This document shows, in pieces, positions 8,874-19,657 of a stretch of DNA of 64,000 nucleotides (positions are counted from its first letter, which is position 1; every line of letters begins with the position of its first letter). The stretch is from an uncultured Chloroflexia bacterium (GTDB lineage: Bacteria; Chloroflexota; Limnocylindria; Limnocylindrales; CSP1-4): positions 6,887-70,886 of the forward strand of contig CAVUAG010000003.1 in the NCBI GenBank assembly GCA_963739365.1. Reading direction: 5' to 3'. The notes under the pieces were generated by a model, which worked only from the letters and a program-made list of their open reading frames with translations, was not told the DNA's origin and made no database searches. The position numbers and the translations under genes were made by a program.

Positions 8874-10220
8874 GTGACCCTCCTCGTCGTCAGTCCCGAC
8901 TACGCCTCGCACCTCTTCCCGCTGCTCGCCCTCGCCGGAGCGTGGGCGGCGGACGGCGAGCGGGTCGTGGTCGCGACCGGGTCGGCCGTCGCCCCGCACG
9001 TCGCGCGGGCCGGCTTCGAGCGAGTCGAGCTCGTGCTCGGCCGTGGCTCGAACGCCGGGACCGCGCGTCCCGGCGACCAGCCGACCGGCGAGGCCGAGAA
9101 CCTGCGGGCGTTCTTCGCCGCGACCCGCGGGGGCATGATTCCCACCCTTCGCCTGCAGGCCGAGCTGCGCCGGAACGACCTGCTGTGGCAGCCGCTCGCG
9201 GCGGCCCGGGCCACGCTCGAAGCCGTCCGCGGCCTGGGTCCCGACACCATCCTCGTGGACCACCTCGCCTTCGGGGCCGTGCTGGCTCTGCAGGCTGCCG
9301 GCATCCCGTATGCAGACGTCGTGCTGGGACATCCCACGGCGCTCCCCGTCGGCGACGAGGTCTACGGGGTTCCGCCGGCCTGGCCGGCGGCGTTCGACCC
9401 CGACCCGGCCGAGCTGGCCGGGCTGCGGCACCTCGCGGGCGATGTGACCGGGCGCTTCACCGACGACTGGAATGCGGCCCTCACCGAGCTCGACCCAGGC
9501 GCGTCGGCGGTCGCCGACGCCTTCCGTGTCCACGGCGATGTCGTCCTCTTCAGCTACCCGGAGGCGCTCCACGACCCGCAGCGCTCCGCCCACCTGCCGA
9601 GCACCCACGCGTTCCTCGGCTCCTCGGTGCGCGACGAGACGCTCGACGCGGAGGCAGCCGGGTGGGTCGTCGCGGGCGGCGACAGCCCGCTCGTGGTGGT
9701 GTCGTTCGGCAGCTTCCTCTCGGCCCGCAGCGACGTGCTGGCACGGGTGGTGGTCGCGCTCCGGGACCTGTCGCTGCGGCGGACGGGCGGGCTGCGCGTC
9801 GCCCTCGCGACCGGCTCCGCCGATCCGTCCGTCCTCGCCCCGCTCCCCGACGAATGGCTGGTCCGGCCGTTCCTGCCCCAGGTCTCCCTGGTGCAGCATG
9901 CCGCTCTCGCGATCACCCACGGGGGCAACAACGGCGTCACCGAGGCGCTTTCGGCCGGCGTGCCGCTCCTCGCCCTGCCGTTCTCGACCGACCAGTTCGC
10001 CGTTGCCGCGGACCTCGAGCGGGCGAGCCTGGGTCGCGCTCTCGATCCGAACCGGGCGTCGGTGGACGAGATCGCTGCGGCCGTCGATGCGCTCCTGGCA
10101 GGTCCCGCGCCTGTCCGCGCTGACGTGCTGGGGGCGGAGCTGCGGGCGGATCCCGGGCCGGCCCGCGCCCGACGCGCGGCGGCGCGCATTCGCGGGAGGC
10201 GGCCGGGCCCGGCTGGCTAG
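8874..10220 (+). CDS. GT1-family UDP-glycosyltransferase (MGT/macrolide-GT-like)
   Basis: GTG 8874 (VTLLVVSPDYASHLFPLLALA..). C-terminal donor-binding signature ITHGGNNGVTEALSAGVPLLALPFSTDQFAVAAD. Confidence 0.7.
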   Translation: MTLLVVSPDYASHLFPLLALAGAWAADGERVVVATGSAVAPHVARAGFERVELVLGRGSNAGTARPGDQPTGEAENLRAFFAATRGGMIPTLRLQAELRRNDLLWQPLAAARATLEAVRGLGPDTILVDHLAFGAVLALQAAGIPYADVVLGHPTALPVGDEVYGVPPAWPAAFDPDPAELAGLRHLAGDVTGRFTDDWNAALTELDPGASAVADAFRVHGDVVLFSYPEALHDPQRSAHLPSTHAFLGSSVRDETLDAEAAGWVVAGGDSPLVVVSFGSFLSARSDVLARVVVALRDLSLRRTGGLRVALATGSADPSVLAPLPDEWLVRPFLPQVSLVQHAALAITHGGNNGVTEALSAGVPLLALPFSTDQFAVAADLERASLGRALDPNRASVDEIAAAVDALLAGPAPVRADVLGAELRADPGPARARRAAARIRGRRPGPAG

Positions 10221-10256
10221 CTCGACGGTCGCTCGGGGACCTCGCGGTCGCTCGGA

Positions 10257-10298
10257 GACAAAGAGAAAGGGTGGGCCCCGAGGGAAGGGCCCACCCTG
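10257..10298 (-). terminator. rho-independent terminator hairpin (serves the minus-strand fasciclin gene; possibly bidirectional)
   Basis: Perfect 11-bp stem AGGGTGGGCCC / GGGCCCACCCT with loop cgagggaa. The minus-strand reading is followed by TTTCTCTTTGTCTCC. It sits between convergent gene ends 10220(+) and 10335(-). Confidence 0.5.
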
Positions 10299-10334
10299 TT
10301 CCATGGATCCGACCTCGATGAGGTCGGGCGACGA

Positions 10335-10854
10335 CTACATCTCGGGCGGGAGGAGCACCGCGTCGATGATGTGGATCACGCCGTTCGACGCCATCACGTC
10401 GGCGGTCACGACCTTGGCGCTGTCGTTGAGGTAGACGGTGTCGTCCTTGACGCTGATCGCGATCGGCGAGCCCTCGACGGACGTCGCCGTGGTCATGCCG
10501 ACGATCTGGTCGGAGGTGACCTTGCCCTCGACGACGTGGTAGAGGAGCACCTTCTTGAGGGCCTCGGGATCCGCGAGCAGGGACTCGAGGGTTCCCTCGG
10601 GCAGGGCGGCGAACGCCTCGTCCGTGGGGGCGAAGACGGTGAAGGGGCCCTCACTCTGGAGCGTCTCGACCAGCCCGGCGGCCGTGGCGGCTTTCAGAAG
10701 CGTCCCGAAGACGCCCGCGTCCGTCGCGACGACGACGATGTCACCGGCAGGGGCGGGGGTCGGGGTGCGGCGCGGGGGTGGGCGACGCGGCCGTGGAGCA
10801 GGCCGAGACGACGAGAGCGACGGCGGCCAGCGAGATCAGGAGGGTGCGCTTCAT
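10335..10854 (-). CDS. fasciclin (FAS1) domain lipoprotein, frameshifted
   Basis: ATG at 10854 gives the lipoprotein signal MKRTLLISLAAVALVVSAC and then hits a stop. A C-run indel shifts into GDIVVVATDAGVFGTLLKAATAAG...PFTVFAPTDEAF..., and then into ORF 10335..10550 (LLYHVVEGKV...NGVIHIIDAVLLPPEM). Confidence 0.6.
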
Positions 10855-11027
10855 GTGATCCCTTTCGATGGGTGGGGTCGGTGGTCGAGATCGGTCTGAG
10901 GAGTCGATCCACGGCGTCTGCCGTCACCCACCTCTTCGGGCCGGGACCGCCGGTGGATTGGTCCCCCCTCCGGGGCGGAACGCGAACGCCGCGCGCAGCG
11001 ACCAGCCGCGCCTGGCGCCGCCGTCCG

Positions 11028-11645
11028 TCAGGGACGGGGCGGCAGCTCCGCCCCGGACAGCCCGCGGCTGGCGAACGAAGCCGGGCCAGGTGACGCGAGG
11101 GGTTCGCCGATCCCTGCCGGCTCGGCCTGAAGCTGCCCGCCGCGGACCGTGGCCCCGACCACCATGGCCGCAGCCACGAGCACCACGTTCTTGAGGATGT
11201 ACTGGCCCTCGAGCGTCGGAGCGATCGGGAACACCGTGAACGTCTCGGCCGGGAACAGGAGGAGCGGGGTCAGCGCGCCGGCCATCTGGACGGCAAGCAG
11301 GAGCAGCGTCGCCCGCAGGAACCTCCCGGTGAGGAGCCCCACGCCGATCAGGACCTCCCAGGCTGCCAGCACGGGCAGCGAGACCGCCGGCGGCACGAGC
11401 CCGAGCGTGAGCTGCTCGATCGTGCGCGTCGCGAGATCCTGCGCCGGGCTCAGGCCCGGGAAGAACTTCAGCACGCCGAACCAGAGGAAGACGGCGCCGA
11501 GGGCGATCCGCAGCAGGGGGATCGCGGACGCGGCCAGCGCGACGGTGATGCGGCGGTCGAGCCGCTCGAAGCGGGTCCGCCAGCCGGTGCCGAGGCGGGA
11601 CTGAGCCACGGAGACCGGCGAGGAGGTTGCGGGAGATCGGAGCAT
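11028..11645 (-). CDS. DoxX-family membrane protein
   Basis: ORF 11028..11645(-): LLRIALGAVFLWFGVLKFFPG..., 4 TM helices, DoxX-like. Confidence 0.7.
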   Translation of the reverse strand: MLRSPATSSPVSVAQSRLGTGWRTRFERLDRRITVALAASAIPLLRIALGAVFLWFGVLKFFPGLSPAQDLATRTIEQLTLGLVPPAVSLPVLAAWEVLIGVGLLTGRFLRATLLLLAVQMAGALTPLLLFPAETFTVFPIAPTLEGQYILKNVVLVAAAMVVGATVRGGQLQAEPAGIGEPLASPGPASFASRGLSGAELPPRP

Positions 11646-11798
11646 GGGAGCCTCTCGTGGATGGGCCCCTGACGCAGCGCGCCCGAGGCCGGCCCATCCG
11701 TCACCCTCCTGTTCGCACGGCAGGCCGAACGGGATCGCCTGCCGCGGCCCCGACGCCGGTGCGCCGCCAACCCGAGGTTGGTCGCTCCTCCCTCCCCT

Positions 11799-14584
11799 CT
11801 ACGCCGGAGCGGCCGCCGCGGCCGTCGGACGGTCCGGCGCGAACGCGATCGCGAGCGTCACGAGCAGGGCGCCCACCAGCGATCCCGCGAGGAGGAGCAC
11901 GGCCGGGGCGAGCCCGGTCGTCGTGCCCTCGATGCACGCGCGGAAGGCGTCGGCGGCCCACGTGACCGGCAGGAGTGGATGGAGGAACGCCAGCGGGGCC
12001 GGGAGCGAGTCCACCAGGTACGGCGTCCCGCACGCGGCCGCCTGGACGGCCGCCAGGAGCAGCCCGACCAGCCAGCCCCGGTTGCCGAAGGCGACGACGA
12101 GCGCCTGGATGATCGCCGTGAAGGCGGCGGCGGCGAGCGCCGCGACCAGGATGAGCGCCGGCAGCCGCGCGACGTCCATGCCCACGCCGAGGCCCAGGCC
12201 GGCGATCATCAGGGCGGCCCCCACGATGCCGAGGCCGGCGCTGGCGGCGAAGGCCGCGATCGGTCCCACCCACCAGCGGCGCCCCCGTCCGCGCCGGCCC
12301 GCCGGCAGGACGAGGAACGCGACGAGCGCCCCGAGCCAGAGGGCCAGCGCCATGACGTACGGAGCGATCCGGATCCCGGATTCACCCGCTCCATCCACCG
12401 CCGGCGGCTCGACGACGACGGGGTCCGCTGCGCGCGCCGCAACCCGCGTCCGCGTCGCGTCGGGGACGACCATCACGGCCGCGGTGGACGTGTCCAGGCC
12501 CTCGGCAATCGACGCGGCGTCGGCGGCGACGGAGCTCCCGTCGCGGGAGAGGAGCCCGGACCGCGACGTGACCAGGCGGGCGCCGTCGGCGACCTGGTCC
12601 ATCGCGTCCTTCAGCTGGTCGACGCCCGACGCGGCCTCGGCGGTGCCGGTTGCCAGCTCATCGGCGCCGGTGGCGGTCGTGCGCGCGCCCGTCGCCACGC
12701 GGCTCGACCCGGTCGCGAGCCGGGCCGCGCCGTCCGCGAGCTGCGTCACGCCCGTCGAGAGCTCGGATGCACCCGTGGCAGTGCTCGAGATGCCCGAGGC
12801 GAGCGGGGTCATCCCGCCCGCCAGCTGCTGCGTGCCATCGGCCAGCTTCGTCGCGCCGCCGGCCAGCGTCGCGACGCCCGTCGAGAGCTCGGATGCGCCC
12901 GAGGCAGTCTTCGAGATGCCCGAGGCGAGCGGGACCATCCCGCCCGCCAGCTGCTGCGTGCCCGCCGCGAGCTGCGCTGCCCCCCCTGCGAGAGCCGTCA
13001 CGCCCGTCGAGAGCTCGGACGCTCCCGTGGCCGACGCGGCGATCGCGTACTCGAGCTGCGGCGCCGTCGCCGCGAGCTGCGCCGTCGCGTTCGCCACCCC
13101 GGCCGCTCCCTGGCTCACGCCGGCCGCACCCGTGGCGACCTGGCCGGTGGCGTCGGCCACCCCGTGGGCTCCCGTGGCGAGGTCGCTGGCGCCGGCGGCC
13201 AGCGGAGCCCCCTGGGTAGCGAGCCCGAGGAGCTGAGCGCAGACCGCCGGGCCGCCCCCCATGAGCTCACACGAGTCCGACAGCGCCTTGACGCCGGAGG
13301 TGTAGGCCGGCGACCGACGTGGCCAGCCCGTCGACGCCCGTCGCGAGGGATGCGGCAGCCGCGGCCGCCTGTGTCGCACCGTCCGAGAGGGCCGCCGCCC
13401 CGGTCGCGACCTCGGCAGCACCCGAGGCGAGCGCGGCCGCCTGGGCGCCGAACCCGGTCGTCTGCGTCCTGAGCGCCTGGAGCCCGGAGGCGAGCTCCGA
13501 CGCGCCCGAGGCGGCCTTCGTCGCGCCGCTCGCGAGCTCGGACGCGCCGGACGCGAGGGTGGCGGTCTGGGCGGGCAGCTGGCGCGTCGACGCGTCGAGC
13601 GCCTGGAGCCCGGAGGCGAGCTCCGACGCGCCCGAGGCAGCCTTCGTCGCGCCGCTCGCGAGCTCGGACGCGCCGGACGCGAGGGTGGCGGTCTGGGCGG
13701 GCAGCTGGCGCGTCGACGCGTCGAGCGCCTGGAGCCCGGAGGCGAGCTCCGACGCACCCGCGGCGAGGGCCGCGGCGCCCGTCCGAGGTGTCGGCAGCGC
13801 CGGCCGCGACGGTCGCGGTCCCGTCGGCGACCAGCGTGGTCCCGGTCGCGAGCGCCCTCGTGCCCGAGGCGAGCTCCGACGCGCCGGAGGCGGCCTTCGT
13901 CGCGCCCGACGCGAGCTCATCGAGGCCGGCCGCGAGCTCGCCGGCGACAGCCTTGATGTCCGACGCGTCCGTGGCGAGCGTGGAGGAGCGGTTCGCGATG
14001 GACCGCGCGTCACCGGCGGCGCTGCCGATCGTCGCGTCGGCCGTCTTGACGGCGAGGAGCACGTCCTCGACGTACGAGGCCGTGGCGGTCCGCGCCGCCG
14101 ACGCCGCGATCGCCTGCTCGACCTCGCGCGCGACCTCGCCGGCGTCCGGGCCATCGCCTGGACCGGTTGCGAGCTGAAGGCCCGCGGCCGGCTGGGCGCC
14201 CGTCGGGTCGGCCTGGATCGCCGCGATCCTGCGGGAGAAGTCGGCCGGGATCGTCAGGACTGCCCGGAAGCGCCCGGAGGCGAGCCCGTCCGCCGCGTCC
14301 GACGCATCGACGACCGTCCAGCGGAGCGCGTCCGTGACGTCGTCCGCCGCGAGCTGCTTCGAGAGGTCGTCGCCGAGGTCGAGCGTCTGGCTCGTCCCAT
14401 CGGCGAGCGAGATCGTGGCTCCCTCGTCGAGGTCGACGACCGCAGCCGGCATCGAGCCGGCGCCACCCTGCGACTGCGACCAGGCGACGAGGCCGGCGAA
14501 CGTCACCGGCACGAGGGCGGCGAGGACGAGCGCGACCGCCAGCCGCCGGCGCGAACGCCCCGCGAGCTCTCCCGCGGCGCCGAC
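11799..14584 (-). CDS. YhgE/Pip-domain membrane protein with long ASGASEL-type helical repeat region (multiple frameshifts)
   Basis: N-terminal TM and PAAVVDLDEGAT... in the 13115..14842 frame; repeat region in the 13267..14154 frame; C-terminal repeats and the ABC-2-like TM bundle (GIRIAPYVMALALWLGALVAFLVL...) in the 11799..13757 frame. Its partner is the upstream MMPL gene. Confidence 0.55.
13471..13755. repeat. 126-bp direct tandem repeat (2 copies with 1 mismatch, plus a 27-bp partial third copy) inside the YhgE/Pip gene
   Basis: Copies at 13477..13602 and 13603..13728, identical except for one g/a. Each encodes LQALDASTRQLPAQTATLASGASELASGATKAASGASELASG. Confidence 0.8.
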
Positions 14585-14599
14585 GTGCGTCCACCGCGA

Positions 14600-17554
14600 G
14601 CGCCGTGCCGTCCGCCGCGAGCGCCGTGCCGTCCGCCGCGACCGGCACCGGCACGAGGCGGCGCTCGCCGAGGCGGATGCCGGACGGCCACCACGCGCGG
14701 TCGCCGACGAGCGTGGTGATGGCAGGCACCAGGATCGAGCGGACGAGGAACGTGTCGATGAGGACGCCGATCGCGACCGCGACCCCGACCTGGAAGAGGA
14801 CGATGAGCGGAGCGGTGGCCATCGATCCGAACGTGCCGGCAAGGATGAGGCCGGCCGACGTGATGACCGCGCCGGTCCGGCCGGACGCGATCCGGATGCC
14901 GTCCCGGATCGGGCGGGTCTCGCTCTCCTCGCGGACGCGGCTCATGAGGAAGATGTTGTAGTCGGCGCCGAGGGCGACGAGCAGGACGAAGACCATCAGC
15001 GGCAGGTAGAAGCTGATGCCGGGATGCCCGAGGACCTCCTGGAAGAGGAACGCGGACAGGCCGAGTGCGCTGCCGTAGGAGAGGAGGACGGTCCCCACGA
15101 GGTAGAGCGGCGCGACGATCGCGCGGAGGAGGACGACCAGGACGAGGAGGATGCCGAGCACCGTGATCGCGCCGACGCGGAGGAAGTCGGCGGCGAGGAC
15201 ATCCTGGACGTCGGCGAGCTGGGCAGAGGAGCCCGCGAGGTGCGCCGTCGCGCCCTGGCCGAACGACGGTGCCGCGCTCGCGAGCGTGTCGCGGGCGGCA
15301 CGGACCGTCGCAAACGCCGCGATCGAGTACGGGTCGTCCGCGGTGGCGACGTAGAGCCGGGTCGCCGTGCGGTCCGCCGAGACGAACGCCTCGACCGCCT
15401 CGCCGAGGCTCGCGGCCTCGTCCCCGCCGATCCCGACCGGCACGAAGATGTCGTCGGAGCGGCCGGCGAAGACGGCCGCCAGGTCGTCGAAGGCGTCCGG
15501 CAGCGCTGCGAAGGCTGTCTCCGCGCGGCGCCGCGCCTCCCGGGCGCTCGCCGTGTCGGCGAGGCTGGCCGGGGAGAGCGTCGCGTCCGGCTGGGCGTCG
15601 AAGTGGACGGCCAGGGCCTGGAGGGCGCTCGACGCGGCGACGGCTGTGTCCAGGGTCGCGCTCTTCGCGAGGGCGGCCGCGGCTGCGGCCGCGTCCACGA
15701 AGGCCGGCAGGTCGCGGACCTCCGGGTAGGCGGCCGCCAGCTCGTCGAGGTACCTGGCGAGGAGCGCCGTGTCCGCGCTCCCGCCGGTGGCTGCGAGGGA
15801 GCTCGTCGAGGTCATCCCCGACGCGAGCGCCCGGAGCTGCGTCGAGACGACGCTCTGCGCACGGACGCTCTCCACGACCGCCTGCGCGTCCGCGATGGCG
15901 CGCGTGGTCGTCCGGTGCTCGCTCCGCCCGGCGACGTCCGGGAACGCCGTCCCGAGCGCGGCGACGTAGTCGAGGGCGGACGAGAGCCCATCGGAGACCT
16001 CGCTCGTCGAGGAGGGACGCCGCAGTCCGTCGAGGTGCCCGCCCCATCCGGATCGAGCTCGTCGGCGATCGTGCCGAGCTGGATGGAGGGACGGAAGCCG
16101 TCGGGCACCGTGCCGTCGCCGTCGGGCGTCACGAGGCTCGTCACCGTGTCGACGCCGGGCGTCGCCTCGAGCGCCAGCACCGTGTCGCGCAGCTTCGCGA
16201 GGGCCGCCGGGGCGAGCATGTCGCCGGTTGCGCCCGCGTCGATGAGCCCGGTCGACTGCGTGATCCTCCCCTTGCCGAGGTGTGCCGCCACGATGTCGTA
16301 GCCGGCCCGCGCGTCGGAGGTGGCCGGGAGCTCGGCGAGGGTGTCGAAGTTGGTCCTCGCCTGGGGCACGTAGAGGATCGGGACGGCGAGGCCGATCACC
16401 AGGGCCAGCGTGACCAGGCCCGGGTGGCGCGAGACGCCGGCCGCCAGGCGAGCGAAGAAGCCGTCCGGCTCGCCCTCGCCGGCGGTCCGCATGTGCAGCG
16501 GCCAGAACAGGTAGTGGCCGAAGATCCCGAGGAGGGCGGGGGCGAGCGTGAGGCCCGCGAGGAGCGTGATGAAGACGGCCACGCCGAGCGCCGGGCCCGT
16601 CGTGCGGATCATCTCGAAGTCCGCGAAGGCCATCGCGCCGAGGCCCACGATGACCGTCGCCGCGCTCGCGCTGATGACCGCCCCGATCCGCTTGACGGTC
16701 TCTCGCACCGCCTCGTGCCAGTCCTCGTGCCCCACCTCCTCGCGGTACCGGGAGATGAGGAAGATCGCGTAGTCGGTGCCGACGCCGAAGACCAGCACGA
16801 CGAGGAACGTGTCCAGGAGCGACGAGACCTGCCAGCCCGCAGCGGCAAGGGTTCCCAGCACCCCCCGCGCGAGGACGAACGCCGCGCCGATCGTCAGGAG
16901 CGGCACGAGGGCCGCGAGAGGGGCGCGGTAGATGAGGAGGAGGATGATGACGACGAGGATGATCGTCACGAGGGTGGTGCTGTCCGTGCCCGCCTGGATC
17001 GCCCGGATGTAGTCCGTGGTGATCCCGGCCGCGCCCGTGACGTGCACGGCGAGGCCGGCGGGAGCCGTGGCGGCGAGGTGGTCGCGGAGCTGCGTGACGA
17101 TCGTGTCCGCGAGGCCCCCGGCGGAGCCGACGTTCAGGTTCACGGTGAGGAGCTCGAGCACGCCGTCCGAGCTGCGCAGCATCGACGCGAGCTCGGGGCG
17201 CGAGGCCGCGGAGTCGACGCTCAGCACCGCGTCCCGAAGCTCCCGGGGCGCATCGGCGCTCGTCGTCCACGTCGCGACGCTCGCGAGGTACGCCCGGTCC
17301 GCGTCCGTGAGCCCGTCGTCGCGCGAGAACGTGAGCGTGGCCGAGCTCGACGCGGCGGCCCCGGGGAACGCCTCGTCGAGGGCGTCAGCTGCTCGCACGG
17401 AGGGCGCGTATCCCGGCAGGAAGGCAGCCTGGTCCGCGGCACCGGCGGAGGCGAGCGACGGCGCGAGCGTGACGGACAGCACGGCGGCGATGGCCCAGAC
17501 GATGACGATGAGGTACCTGAGCCTGTAGGCGAGGACACCGATTCGTTCGAACAT
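14600..17554 (-). CDS. MMPL-family (RND superfamily) membrane transporter
   Basis: ATG at 17554 (MFERIGVLAYRLRYLIVIVWAIA...). First TM bundle in the 15812..17848 frame; second half (ILLVLVVLLRAIVAPLYLVGTVLLS...LVGDRAWWPSG) in the 14010..17270 frame, with a frameshift near 16040. The C-terminal end is uncertain because the frame stays open. Confidence 0.65.
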
Positions 17555-17702
17555 CGCCTGCCTCCATGGCCGAGCGTCGACGACCTCGGCCCGCGGATCT
17601 CGAAAAGGGTTGCGCCGTGCTGGGGCGCCGTATACGATACGTGGGCGTATCCGATACGTCAATGTATCGAATACGATTGTGTATCCAATCTGGAGGTTGG
17701 GC
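17555..17702. promoter_or_regulatory. divergent intergenic region with three palindromic TetR-type operator candidates
   Basis: A locally AT-richer stretch contains GATACG-TGGG-CGTATC, CGATAC-GTCAAT-GTATCG and ATACGATTGTGTAT, between the MMPL start (17554, -) and the TetR start (17703, +). Confidence 0.5.
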
Positions 17703-18371
17703 GTGACCGTGGATGCGAGGGAGCCCGTCCGCTCGGCCCGGCGCGACGCGACGCGCGAGCGGGTTCTCGACGCTGCGCTGGTGGTGTTCGCGGAGCGCGG
17801 CGTCTTCGGCGGCACCGTCGAGGAGATCTGCGAGCAGGCCGGCTTCACGCGCGGCGCCTTCTACTCGAACTTCGAGGACAAGGAGGACGTCCTCCAGGCG
17901 CTGATCGAGCGCGAGCACGCGCGACTCCTCGCCTACGTCGACGCGAGCATGGACCTCGTGTCCGACGGGCCGGGGTCGCTCCGCGAGGTAGCGGACACCG
18001 CGGACACGGCCGGGTTCCTCGGCGAGATCGTGGAGCGGATCCTCGCGTCGGTCCCCGGCGACCGGTTCGTCTCGCTCCTCCAGACGGAGATGGAGATCCA
18101 CGCCGTGCGTCAGCCGGCCTCGTCGCAGCCCTTCCTCGAAGCGGACGCCCGCTTCCGCGCGCGGATCGTGGAGTTCATCGAGCGCGGGGTCGCGGCGCTC
18201 GGCCGCGAGCTGACGGTTGACGCCGCGGAGGTCACGGACGCGGCCGTCGCCATCGTCGAGCGCAGCATCCGGCGGACGCTGCTCTCGGGAGGCGACGACC
18301 CGGACGCGATGGCGCGGGCGGTGCTTCCCGCGCTGATCCTCGGGGCGTCGCGGCCGCTGCCCACCGACTGA
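17703..18371 (+). CDS. TetR/AcrR-family transcriptional regulator
   Basis: GTG 17703; HTH TVEEICEQAGFTRGAFYSNFEDKEDVL; divergent from the MMPL gene. Confidence 0.75.
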   Translation: MTVDAREPVRSARRDATRERVLDAALVVFAERGVFGGTVEEICEQAGFTRGAFYSNFEDKEDVLQALIEREHARLLAYVDASMDLVSDGPGSLREVADTADTAGFLGEIVERILASVPGDRFVSLLQTEMEIHAVRQPASSQPFLEADARFRARIVEFIERGVAALGRELTVDAAEVTDAAVAIVERSIRRTLLSGGDDPDAMARAVLPALILGASRPLPTD

Positions 18372-18475
18372 CGGCCAGGTCAGGGGCGGCCAGGCCGGGC
18401 CAGGACGCGCGCCGTTTCTGGTGCCGGCTACGAAGGTGCTCGGCCACCCGACGCGGATCGACGGACAATGCGGCC

Positions 18476-19309
18476 ATGATCGATCGCCCGGGGCCCGGCC
18501 CGGCAGGACCAGGGCTCGCCCTCCGCGCGGACTGCGCGCAATGCGTCGGCCTGTGCTGCGTCGCGCCCGCCTTCTCCGTCTCTGCCGACTTCGCGATCGA
18601 CAAGGCCGCAGGGCATCCGTGCCCGAACCTCCGGGCCGACTTCCGGTGCGGGATCCACGCCGGCCTGCGGGACCGCGGGTTCCGCGGATGCGCCGTCTAC
18701 GACTGCTTCGGCGCGGGACAGCGGGTCTCGCGGACCGTGGCTGCCGGAGCCGACTGGTGGGCAGATCCCGACATCGCGCCCAGGCTGATGACGGCCTTCG
18801 CGACCGTGCGCCAGCTCCACGAGCTGCTCTGGTACCTGGCCGAGGCGCTCGAGCTTGCCGCGACGGGTCCGCTCCACCCCGCGCTCCAGGAAGCCCGCGA
18901 GCAGACCGAGCGCCTCGCCGGTGGTGACGCCGCTGTGCTGGAAGCGCTCGACGTGGCGGCCCATCGGCAGGCGGTCAACACCCTGCTGCGACGAGCGAGC
19001 GGGCTCGCGCGCGCCGCCTCGCCCGGCCCGGCGCTCGATCGGCGAGGGGCCGACCTCATCGGGGCGGACCTCCGCGGCGTGGACCTCCGCGGCGCCGACC
19101 TGCGGGGCGCCTATCTGCTCGCCGCTGACCTGCGTGGCGCGGATCTCGCGCTGGCGGACCTCACCGGCGCCGACCTTCGCGATGCGGACCTCACCGGCGC
19201 CGACCTCCGGGCCACCCTGTTCCTGGTGCAGTCGCAGGTCGACAGCGCGCGGGGAGATCGGCGCACCCGGTTGCCCCCGTCCCTGCGGCGTCCCGCCCAC
19301 TGGGCGTGA
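18476..19309 (+). CDS. pentapeptide-repeat protein with N-terminal Cys-rich domain
   Basis: C-terminal run of A(D/N)LxG pentapeptides (GADLIGADLRGVDLRGADLRGAYLLAADLRGADLALADLTGADL...). The N-terminus has CAQCVGLCC...C...C...C. Confidence 0.7.
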   Translation: MIDRPGPGPAGPGLALRADCAQCVGLCCVAPAFSVSADFAIDKAAGHPCPNLRADFRCGIHAGLRDRGFRGCAVYDCFGAGQRVSRTVAAGADWWADPDIAPRLMTAFATVRQLHELLWYLAEALELAATGPLHPALQEAREQTERLAGGDAAVLEALDVAAHRQAVNTLLRRASGLARAASPGPALDRRGADLIGADLRGVDLRGADLRGAYLLAADLRGADLALADLTGADLRDADLTGADLRATLFLVQSQVDSARGDRRTRLPPSLRRPAHWA

Positions 19310-19318
19310 CCACGTGAG

Positions 19319-19657
19319 CTAGCCGGCTCTCCCTGCGCTCAGGAACACGACTGCCCGGCCGGCGTCCCCGCTGGCGCCGAGCTGGACCTCCAGCCCCATC
19401 CGGTCGAGCATCTGGACCATCGGCTCGCCCATGTGGCCGGCCACCACGACGTCGATCCGCTGGTCCTGCAGGAACCGCGCGACACGCGCATGGTGGCCGC
19501 CGTCCGTGCCCACGTCGTGGAGCTGGTCCCAGCCGACCTCGAACTCCTCCCAGCGGACGAGATCCCCGTCCTGCACCTCGACGACGGCCACGCGTGCGGC
19601 GCGGCCCCAGCGTGGGTCGATGTCACCCGTCGGTGTCACCGGGACACAGACGATCAT
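19319..19657 (-). CDS. NifX/NifB-like dinitrogenase FeMo-cofactor-binding domain protein
   Basis: Only the 3' end of the 966-aa ORF 19319..22219(-) is coding: MIVCVPVTPTGDIDPRWGRAARVAVVEV...VVVAGHMGEPMVQMLDRMGLEV (112 aa). Confidence 0.55.
   Translation of the reverse strand: MIVCVPVTPTGDIDPRWGRAARVAVVEVQDGDLVRWEEFEVGWDQLHDVGTDGGHHARVARFLQDQRIDVVVAGHMGEPMVQMLDRMGLEVQLGASGDAGRAVVFLSAGRAG

Noticed and set aside
13471-13755. Tandem repeat considered as a CRISPR array
   Set aside because: Only 2.2 copies, no unique spacers, in frame inside a coding repeat region; no cas genes in the window.
14010-14600. Continuation of the MMPL reading frame (ORF 14010..17270) for about 200 codons past the last TM segment
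   Set aside because: No conserved features, RGR-rich; the frame stays open only because of GC bias or a missed indel. The real MMPL C-terminus is near 14600 to 14650.
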